Positions 1-7,775 of a DNA stretch of 16,415 nt are shown here, piece after piece. The stretch's first letter is position 1, and each line of letters begins with the position of its first letter. The stretch lies in NCBI GenBank assembly GCA_039802265.1, contig JBDRWI010000049.1:1-16415 (forward strand), in the 5' to 3' direction. A program made the translations under genes and the position numbers. The stretch comes from a candidate division WOR-3 bacterium (GTDB lineage: Bacteria > Hydrothermota > Tepidihabitantia > SM23-42 > JAOAFX01). The notes beneath the pieces are model-generated. The model had not been told where the DNA came from. It ran no database searches and saw only the letters and a program-made list of their open reading frames with translations.

Positions 1-127
1 CTTATTCTGGTTTGGCAACTGCGATAAACAATACTGGCACGACTTCTGATACGGTTAGAATTTATGTGACGGTGAATCCATATTATGATTTGGATATCGC
101 TGACAATGAGCAGAGTTTATTTGGTAA
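1..127 (+). repeat. Exact 127-bp direct repeat, second copy at 1639-1765
   Basis: Base-by-base match at offset 1638; first mismatch 128 C vs 1766 T. May extend upstream of the window. Confidence 0.9.
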
Positions 128-3100
128 CAAGCTGAGGCTTGCGGCACCGATGGGTGATTCGACTCAGGTTGGTTATTTCCGGGTGATTAATCCGAACACA
201 GCTGAACTTAATGTTGATCCGGACATTTATGGTAATGCTGATTTTGATAGTATTAAGGTTCAGGTGAGTAATTTGAATTATGTGCCGGTTCCGGGTTCAG
301 ATATTAGTTATGTGATTCCGGCGGGTAATGTGCATATTGTTCCGATTCCTGGTTTATTGAGCGGTGAGTCATTTGATGCTTATGTGCGGGTGTATGTGCC
401 GTTTGATGTTTATGCTGGTACATATCGTGGGACAGTGACGGTGACTGGATATCCGACAACGCCGGGAACAACGACTGATGAGTTTACATTAGAGGTAGTG
501 GTTGGTGCGGTTGATGACATTGATATTACCGAGGCGTCAGTATCAGCTACTGGTGGAATGTTTTCTACAGTATCATTACCGCCATTTACAGTCTGGTCGA
601 CTGATGCGGCAAATAACCCGGATGCTTATGACGGACCGGGTAATACGACGCTTTATGGAGTGAACTTTACCGCCACTGATTTATATGGACCATATTCAGC
701 AATAGTAATTCCAGCATCAAATATTTCGTTTGAGCCATATTTAATTGACTCGATTGCTCCTGGCACATCAGTTTCTGTAATTGCAAAAGTTTATATTCCT
801 CATGGCATATATGCAGGAACTTACTCTGGTCTCGTGACTGCTAGTAACAATAGTGGAACAACTTCTGACACGATTCGGATAAATGTCACGGTAACGCCAA
901 TTTATGATTTAGATATAGCTGACAATCAGGCAAATCTCTTTGCCAATACAATGCATTTAGCTGGTCCAATGGGAGAAACACGAAGTGGTTCCTTCAAAAT
1001 GGTTAACCCCGCTAATGATGGGCAGAACGTTGACCCGGATTTATACGGCAATGCTGACTTTACTGGCTTTACTGCAACAGTTGATACCCTTTGGTATATA
1101 CCTGGTGGTGCTGAGGACATTAACTACTTTATTCCGCCATCAGCAGTTAGTTTTATTTTACCGACGGGGCTTGATTGGGGAGAAGTATTTAATGCGACTG
1201 TCACAGTTAATATTCCATATAATACATATTCTGGAGTATACCGAGGATTAGTAACAGTCACTGGTACTCCGGGTAGTCCCGGTAGCCCGACCGATCGGTT
1301 TATATTAGAGGTTTCGGTGGGTCCTTTAGATGACATTGATATTGCTGAGGCGTCAGTGAGTGCGACAACTGATCATGGGACATCGGTTTGGACCGCGCCG
1401 TTTACGGTTTGGTCTACTGATGATGATGACCCGTCACATAATCCGGATGCTTATGACGGACCTGGTAATACAACGCTTTATGGTATTACTTTCTTAGCTC
1501 AAGATTTAAGAGCCGGTGACTTAATAATTCCAGCTGCAAATATTGAATTTAGCCCAAGCACAATTGACTCGCTTGCGCCAGGGCATTCGGTTGAGGTGCG
1601 GGCAAGAGTCAATGTGCCGTATGGCACTTATGCGACGACTTATTCTGGTTTGGCAACTGCGATAAACAATACTGGCACGACTTCTGATACGGTTAGAATT
1701 TATGTGACGGTGAATCCATATTATGATTTGGATATCGCTGACAATGAGCAGAGTTTATTTGGTAATAAGATGCGGCTTGCTGGGCCGATGGCGTCGCCGA
1801 CGCAGACCGGTTATTTCCGGATGATTAATCCTAATACATCTGCGCTTAATGTTGATCCCGACCAATATGGTAATGCTGACTTTACTGGTTTTGATTTGTA
1901 TGTGAGCGATTTGAATTATGTGCCGGTTCCGGGTTCAGATATCAGTTATGTAATTCCGTCATCAGCGGTGGTTGTGACTTTACCGACTGGTCTTTTGAGT
2001 GGTGAATCTTATAATGCGAGTGTAGTTGTAAATATTCCGCCGGATGTTTATGCTGGAACTTATCGTGGTATTGTCAGAGTTACTGGTTTACCGGGGATTC
2101 CGGGCACACCGACTGATGAGTTTACATTAGAGGTAGTGGTTGGCGCAGTTGATGATATTGATATTACCGAAGCATCGGTATCTGGGACAGGTAATCATGG
2201 CACTACGGTAAATACTGGCTATTTTACGGTTTGGTCAACTGATGCGGCGCATAATCCGGATACTTATGATGGGCCAGGGAATACGACTTTGTATGGTATT
2301 ACTTTTATTGCTCAGGATTTAAGGGCCGGTGATTTGGTAATCCCAGCAGCTAATGTTTCATTTGAGCCGATAACGATTGAAAGTTTACCGCCTGGTCAAT
2401 CAAGAGAGGTTAGGGCGTTAGTGAATGTGCCTTACGGCACTTATGCAACAACTTATTCTGGTTTGGCAATGGCAATCAATAACACCGGCACAACTTCTGA
2501 TACGGTGAGAATCTACATTACTGTTTTACCGAGTTACGATTTGGATATTTCTGACAATACCGGCAACTTGATTGAGAACCAGATGAGATTAACCGTAACA
2601 CCGCTTCCTGGAGTTTCATACGACTCAGCGTACTTTGTTTTAATCAACCCGAATAATCCTGATTTAAATGTGGATCCGGATCCCTTTGGCAATTATGATT
2701 TAGCGAATATCTACTGGTCAATTGGCGATTTAAATCACATTACCGACCCGTTGGCTTATATTCCAAAAGAAAGCGTTGATGTCTATATGACTACGCCACA
2801 TTTCTTAGCATCAGGTGGGTCTGAGGATATTGTGGTGAAAGTGAATGTTCCGGAATTTCAAGTGGCTGGCGAGTATAAGTCGTGGTTAATTGTTTATGAT
2901 GAAGATGCGGATGTTGCCGATTCGTTTGAGCTAAAAGTGATAGTTAATCCGCTTGAAGACATTGATATTATTGAAAATCAGATTGTCAACACTGTAAATA
3001 CTGGTGACACTTTAGTTTATATTGGCGAATTTACGGTTCTTAACCAAGATAAAGAACAATGGCTTTCAGGTTATGGTGATCCGGACTTTCCATCAAACAT

Positions 3101-6100
3101 TGACTTAAATAATTTGAGGTTTACTTGTGAAAACTTAAGAGAGATTGGACCAACTGGCCGATTTATTCCGGCAGAAAATGTGTTTGTCGAAGTAGTTGGT
3201 TCATCAGCAGGTCCATCGCCGTATGGGACGGCTAATATTTCCGAGCTTGCTTTAGGTCAAACGCAAAATATTAAGATATGGGCGCTCATTCCACGCGGCA
3301 CATATGCGACTTCATACCGTGGTGAAATGCGAGTAATAGATGATGATGGTATTCCATCAGATGTTATTGCAATCCAGATTAATGTTAACGCTTATTATGA
3401 CTTAGACATTGCAGATAATGAGCAGAGTTTATTTGGCAATAAGATGCGGCTTGCTGGGCCGATGGCATCGCCCACACAAACTGGTTATTTCCGGATGATT
3501 AATCCTAATACTTCAGCACTCAATGTTGATCCGGATGTTTATGGTAATGCTGACTTTACTGGCTTTAATTTGTATGTAAGCAATTTGAATTATGTGCCGG
3601 TTCCGGGTTCAGATATTAGTTATGTAATTCCGTCATCAGCGGTGGTGGTTACTTTACCAACCGGTCTTTTAAGCGGCGAATCTTATAATGCCAGTGTAGT
3701 TGTAAATATTCCGCCGGATGTTTATGCTGGGACTTATCGTGGTATTGTTAGGGTTACCGGTTTACCAGGAATACCAGGGACACCAACCGATGAGTTTGTT
3801 TTAGAGGTTGTAGTTGGTGCGGTTGATGATATTGATATTACCGAAGCATCGGTATCTGGGACAGGTAATCATGGCACGACGGTAAATACTGGCTATTTTA
3901 CGGTTTGGTCAACTGATGCGGCGCATAATCCGGACGCTTATGATGGTCCGGGCAATACGACTTTATATGGTATTACATTTACAAGTCAGGATTTGCGGTT
4001 TGGTAATTTTGTGATACCTGGAGCGAATGTTTCGTTTGAGCCGGTCACGATCGAAAGCTTGCCACCGGGTCAGTCACGACAGGTCAGGGCTTTAGTTAAT
4101 GTGCCTTATGGAGTGCATAATGGAACCTATTCAGGTTTAGCAATGGCAATTAACAATACCGGCACTACATCTGATACGGTGAGAATTTATGTAACGGTCA
4201 ATCCTTATTATGATTTAGATATTGCGGATAATCAACAGAGCTTAATTGAAAATAAGATGACGCTTTCAGGCCCGATGGGTGCAATAAGGCAAGGCACATT
4301 TAGAATGGTTAATCCGAACACGCCAGAGCTTAATGTTGACCCAGACCAATTCGGTAATGCTGACTTTACAGGCTTTACTTACTCAGTTGATACGTTAAAA
4401 TATATACCATTTGGTAATGAAGAGATATTATATCGCATTCCACCATCAGCAGTGAGCGTTAGTTTGCCGAGCGGACTCGTATCTGGTGCTTCCTATGACG
4501 CTCAGGTGACGGTTAATATTCCTATGAACACTTTTGCTGGTGTCTATCGCGGCAAGATTCGAGTCACTGGAACACCGACTTTAAATACCCCGACCGATTC
4601 ATTCTGGTTAGAGGTAGTAATTGGGCCATACGATGACATTGACATCGATTCAGCGGCAGTGCATGCAACAACCAATCAAGGTACAACGGTCAACACCACA
4701 TCATTCAGGGTGTATTCAACCGATGCCGCAGTCAATCCAGATCCGGACGGTCCAGGTAATACAACGCTCTATGGTGTGACATTCAGCTGTACAGATTTGC
4801 GAAATGGCAATCTGTATATCCCAGCAGAAAATGTCCAGTTTGTACCGACTATTATTGACTCAATCCGACCAGCTGAGTCGTATGCGGTCTATGCACGAGT
4901 TAATGTGCCATACGGAACTTATGCTACAACTTACTCAGGTATTGCCACTGCTACTAACAATACAGGCACAACATCGGATACGGTCAGAATTTATGTCACA
5001 GTTAATCCTTACTATGACTTGGATATTGCCGATAACCAGCAGAATCTCATCGGCAACAAACTAATTTTATCCGGACCAATGGGCGCAGTAAGACAGGGCA
5101 GATTCAGAATAATTAATCCCAATTCAGCCGAACTTAATGTTGACCCAGATCAGTATGGCAACGCTGACTTTACATCGCTGAGTGCAGTAGTTGAGACTCT
5201 AAAGTACATGCCTTTTGGCAATGAGGATATTCTGTATTACATCCCACCGTCAGCAGTGACTATTAGTTTACCGAGCGGGCTGGCATCAGGCGCATTCTTT
5301 GATGCTAATGCGACCGTCAATATTCCGATGAACACCTTTAGCGGTACCTATCGTGGAAAGGTGAGAATTACCGGCACGCCTGGAACTCCTGGCACGCCAT
5401 CTGACACGTTTATTCTTGAAGTCTTTGTCGGTCCGTTTGACGATTTGGATATCAGAGAATCATCAGTTAGTGCAACAACTAATCACGGTACAATTGTCAA
5501 CACATCGACTTTCCGTGTCTATTCAACTGATGCAGCACACAACCCAGACCCAGATGGGCCAGGTAATACCACGCTATATGGCGTGACCTTTAGCGCGACT
5601 GACTTAAGATTCGGTAACCATGCTATTCCGGCTGCGAACATTCAGTTTGTGCCAGTTACAGTGGACTCAATCAGACCCGGTGATTCAGTGTTTGTTTATG
5701 CTCGAGTCACTGTGCCGTATGGTACGCATAACGGTCTATACACAGGACTTGCAACCGCTTACAATAATCCAGCTACGACATCAGATACGGTGCGCATTAA
5801 TGTAACAGTAAATGCCTATTATGACTTGGATATTGCCGATAATCAGCAGAATCTAACATCTAACAAGATGACGCTTGCTGGACCAATGGGTGCGACGCGT
5901 TATGGATATTTCCGAATGGTCAATCCCAATACACCAGAACTCAACATTGACCCGGATATGTATGGTAATGCCGACTTCACCAGCTTTACCTATACGGTTG
6001 ACACTTTGCGTTATGTGCCGATGGGTGGTGAAGAGATACTCACTTATATACCGCCATCAGCAGTAACGTTAACGCTACCGAGTGATGGGCTCGTTTCGGG

Positions 6101-7685
6101 TGGGATGTATGATGCTCGAGTGCAAGTGGTAATTCCAATGAATACTCTGACTGGAACATATCGTGGTCAGGTTACAGTTACCGGCAATCCGTCAGAACCT
6201 GGAACACCGACCGACCACTTCATATTAGAAGTTGTAGTTGGAGCATTAGAAGATCTTGACATTGCAGAAGCATCTGTCTCGGCTTCAGGTAATCAAGGAG
6301 CGATTGTTACTACTACGAATTTCACAGTTTGGTCAACTGATGCTGCCGAAGGGCATAATCCTGATAGTTATGATGGACCGGGCAATACAACCTTATATGG
6401 TATTAATTTCATCGTCAGTGATTTGACCCTTGGCAATCGAACAATTCCTGCTGCCAATGTTCAATTCGTGCCGCCGACAATTGCCGAATTATATCCTGGA
6501 ACATCAGCCACAGTGAGAGCGATAATTACTATTCCATATGGTACCTATAACGGCACATATACGGGATTAGTGACTGCTCAAAATAATACCGGTTCGGTTT
6601 GGGATACAGTTCGAATCTATCTGACAGTCAATTCGGCATATGACCTGGACATTGCAGACAATTTACAAGGACTTGTGGAAAACAAAATGACATTGAGATT
6701 GATTCCGAATTTAACGCAATCATCGCAGTTCTTGCTTATCAATCCTGACCGATCAGAAAACAACTATGACCCGGATCCGTATGGCAATGCTGATTTAACA
6801 AATCTGCGGTACCATGTTTCTGAGATTTTATATTCCCATGATGGCTACACGCTTGATGGTTCGGAAATCATCTTCAGCAACAATCCTGAGAATCTTGGTT
6901 GGGGTCAGTCAGTGTCGGTAAATGTTATCGCAACTGTCAAACCGACTCAACATTACGCAACCTATTATGGTACCGTAACAGTTTCAAAACCGATCGGCGA
7001 GATTGATTCAATCTATGATTCATTCACTCTTGAAGTAGTAGTTGGACCACGAGAGATGTTTATGATGCCGGATACAATTGTCGTTATTGGCAATGCCGGT
7101 GAATTTGCTGATACAGTCTTCTATGTCAAAAACATTGGAAATAAGACGATTGACCGGATTGAACTCTTCCCAATGACCGACTTCTATTCAGCCGGTGGTA
7201 TCAGAATACCAATGAAGACTATCGAATTTACACCACCGATTATTGTTGATTCAATAAAAGTTGGCGAATCGACCGAAGTTACACTCAGAGTAGATATTCC
7301 ACGTGGTATGCTACCAGGTCATTATATCGCCAAAGCCAAAGCAATGCAACAGCGCGGTGACCCAGCATTTAACTTTATTATTCTGCTCAATGTTCGATAT
7401 CGCCCAGATATTTCCGAAGAGATTATCTTCTCAGATAATCCAGTGACCGGTAGTTATGTTGATATTGGAGTTTATGGTTCAGAACCGAGACTGACGATAA
7501 TGAATATGGCGGCTGAGATTGTGTTGACGGTGCCAACTGAAGAAATCAAAGACGGCGTCTATCGTTGGAATTTAGTAAATGCAAAAGGAAAATCGGTTGC
7601 CCCAGGATTATATGTTGTGATTCTGCAGTCAAAGATTGACGAAAAAGATAAGGTCTTTACTAAAAAGCTACTAATCGTAAAATAA
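3..7685 (+). CDS. Giant repetitive surface protein/adhesin (5'-partial, >2560 aa): alternating A/B Ig-like (NEW3-like) domains plus T9SS-like CTD
   Basis: Frame is open from position 3 (YSG-LATAINN...). TTG at 12 lies mid-repeat (same peptide at 1641-1765), so the true start is upstream of the window. ~270-aa AB period with motifs YDLDIADN, DPDxYGNADF, DDIDI, DGPGNTTLYG, PxxxYxxxYxG. Stop TAA at 7683-7685. Confidence 0.9.
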   Translation, partial: YSGLATAINNTGTTSDTVRIYVTVNPYYDLDIADNEQSLFGNKLRLAAPMGDSTQVGYFRVINPNTAELNVDPDIYGNADFDSIKVQVSNLNYVPVPGSDISYVIPAGNVHIVPIPGLLSGESFDAYVRVYVPFDVYAGTYRGTVTVTGYPTTPGTTTDEFTLEVVVGAVDDIDITEASVSATGGMFSTVSLPPFTVWSTDAANNPDAYDGPGNTTLYGVNFTATDLYGPYSAIVIPASNISFEPYLIDSIAPGTSVSVIAKVYIPHGIYAGTYSGLVTASNNSGTTSDTIRINVTVTPIYDLDIADNQANLFANTMHLAGPMGETRSGSFKMVNPANDGQNVDPDLYGNADFTGFTATVDTLWYIPGGAEDINYFIPPSAVSFILPTGLDWGEVFNATVTVNIPYNTYSGVYRGLVTVTGTPGSPGSPTDRFILEVSVGPLDDIDIAEASVSATTDHGTSVWTAPFTVWSTDDDDPSHNPDAYDGPGNTTLYGITFLAQDLRAGDLIIPAANIEFSPSTIDSLAPGHSVEVRARVNVPYGTYATTYSGLATAINNTGTTSDTVRIYVTVNPYYDLDIADNEQSLFGNKMRLAGPMASPTQTGYFRMINPNTSALNVDPDQYGNADFTGFDLYVSDLNYVPVPGSDISYVIPSSAVVVTLPTGLLSGESYNASVVVNIPPDVYAGTYRGIVRVTGLPGIPGTPTDEFTLEVVVGAVDDIDITEASVSGTGNHGTTVNTGYFTVWSTDAAHNPDTYDGPGNTTLYGITFIAQDLRAGDLVIPAANVSFEPITIESLPPGQSREVRALVNVPYGTYATTYSGLAMAINNTGTTSDTVRIYITVLPSYDLDISDNTGNLIENQMRLTVTPLPGVSYDSAYFVLINPNNPDLNVDPDPFGNYDLANIYWSIGDLNHITDPLAYIPKESVDVYMTTPHFLASGGSEDIVVKVNVPEFQVAGEYKSWLIVYDEDADVADSFELKVIVNPLEDIDIIENQIVNTVNTGDTLVYIGEFTVLNQDKEQWLSGYGDPDFPSNIDLNNLRFTCENLREIGPTGRFIPAENVFVEVVGSSAGPSPYGTANISELALGQTQNIKIWALIPRGTYATSYRGEMRVIDDDGIPSDVIAIQINVNAYYDLDIADNEQSLFGNKMRLAGPMASPTQTGYFRMINPNTSALNVDPDVYGNADFTGFNLYVSNLNYVPVPGSDISYVIPSSAVVVTLPTGLLSGESYNASVVVNIPPDVYAGTYRGIVRVTGLPGIPGTPTDEFVLEVVVGAVDDIDITEASVSGTGNHGTTVNTGYFTVWSTDAAHNPDAYDGPGNTTLYGITFTSQDLRFGNFVIPGANVSFEPVTIESLPPGQSRQVRALVNVPYGVHNGTYSGLAMAINNTGTTSDTVRIYVTVNPYYDLDIADNQQSLIENKMTLSGPMGAIRQGTFRMVNPNTPELNVDPDQFGNADFTGFTYSVDTLKYIPFGNEEILYRIPPSAVSVSLPSGLVSGASYDAQVTVNIPMNTFAGVYRGKIRVTGTPTLNTPTDSFWLEVVIGPYDDIDIDSAAVHATTNQGTTVNTTSFRVYSTDAAVNPDPDGPGNTTLYGVTFSCTDLRNGNLYIPAENVQFVPTIIDSIRPAESYAVYARVNVPYGTYATTYSGIATATNNTGTTSDTVRIYVTVNPYYDLDIADNQQNLIGNKLILSGPMGAVRQGRFRIINPNSAELNVDPDQYGNADFTSLSAVVETLKYMPFGNEDILYYIPPSAVTISLPSGLASGAFFDANATVNIPMNTFSGTYRGKVRITGTPGTPGTPSDTFILEVFVGPFDDLDIRESSVSATTNHGTIVNTSTFRVYSTDAAHNPDPDGPGNTTLYGVTFSATDLRFGNHAIPAANIQFVPVTVDSIRPGDSVFVYARVTVPYGTHNGLYTGLATAYNNPATTSDTVRINVTVNAYYDLDIADNQQNLTSNKMTLAGPMGATRYGYFRMVNPNTPELNIDPDMYGNADFTSFTYTVDTLRYVPMGGEEILTYIPPSAVTLTLPSDGLVSGGMYDARVQVVIPMNTLTGTYRGQVTVTGNPSEPGTPTDHFILEVVVGALEDLDIAEASVSASGNQGAIVTTTNFTVWSTDAAEGHNPDSYDGPGNTTLYGINFIVSDLTLGNRTIPAANVQFVPPTIAELYPGTSATVRAIITIPYGTYNGTYTGLVTAQNNTGSVWDTVRIYLTVNSAYDLDIADNLQGLVENKMTLRLIPNLTQSSQFLLINPDRSENNYDPDPYGNADLTNLRYHVSEILYSHDGYTLDGSEIIFSNNPENLGWGQSVSVNVIATVKPTQHYATYYGTVTVSKPIGEIDSIYDSFTLEVVVGPREMFMMPDTIVVIGNAGEFADTVFYVKNIGNKTIDRIELFPMTDFYSAGGIRIPMKTIEFTPPIIVDSIKVGESTEVTLRVDIPRGMLPGHYIAKAKAMQQRGDPAFNFIILLNVRYRPDISEEIIFSDNPVTGSYVDIGVYGSEPRLTIMNMAAEIVLTVPTEEIKDGVYRWNLVNAKGKSVAPGLYVVILQSKIDEKDKVFTKKLLIVK
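81..7049 (+). repeat. Tandem domain array: 9 A domains alternating with 8 complete B domains
   Basis: A domains start at ~81, 903, 1719, 2535, 3393, 4206, 5010, 5817, 6639. B domains start at ~513, 1329, 2151, 2955, 3825, 4632, 5439, 6249. A partial B domain lies at <3-80. Confidence 0.9.
1719..4205 (+). repeat. Near-identical AB unit duplication (1719-2534 vs 3393-4205)
   Basis: Offset 1674. Proteins are almost identical and 2151-2260 vs 3825-3934 differ at one base by eye; most differences are synonymous. Confidence 0.88.
7416..7682 (+). other. Atypical T9SS-like C-terminal sorting domain of the giant protein
   Basis: IFSDNP...LTIMNMAAEIV...WNLVNAKGKSVAPGLYVV...TKKLLIVK: has the W-x-L-x-N-x2-G-x2-VAxGxY and terminal KxxIxK pattern, but SDNP replaces YPNP. 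Confidence 0.7.
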
Positions 7686-7692
7686 GAAAAAA

Positions 7693-7757
7693 TGCCACGG
7701 AGGCACAGAATGTCCAGAGAAAAACATAAAAGAATCTGGTTCTGTGCCTCCTGGGCA
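7693..7757 (+). promoter_or_regulatory. Intergenic RNA stem-loop without a U-tract
   Basis: GGAGGCACAGAA (7699-7710) / TTCTGTGCCTCC (7740-7751) is a perfect 12-bp stem; inner CCAGA/TCTGG (7714-7718/7735-7739); outer TGCC/GGCA; A-rich loop. Confidence 0.75.
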
Positions 7758-7766
7758 AACCCTTTT

Positions 7767-7771
7767 GGAGG
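7767..7771 (+). promoter_or_regulatory. Shine-Dalgarno GGAGG for ATG 7776
   Basis: TTTTGGAGGAAAA-ATG, followed by a signal-peptide-like sequence. Confidence 0.8.
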
Positions 7772-7775
7772 AAAA

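Noticed and set aside
12..14. TTG start for the giant ORF
   Set aside because: It is a Leu codon inside a repeat; the frame is open to the window edge and there is no signal peptide.
1719..4205. Diversity-generating retroelement TR/VR pair
   Set aside because: Mismatches are mostly synonymous third positions, not adenine-specific; both copies are in-frame coding and no reverse transcriptase is present in the window.
7692..7775. 28-aa N-terminal extension of gene 2 in the ORF track
   Set aside because: It overlaps the hairpin; ATG 7776 has an unpaired SD and starts a proper signal peptide.
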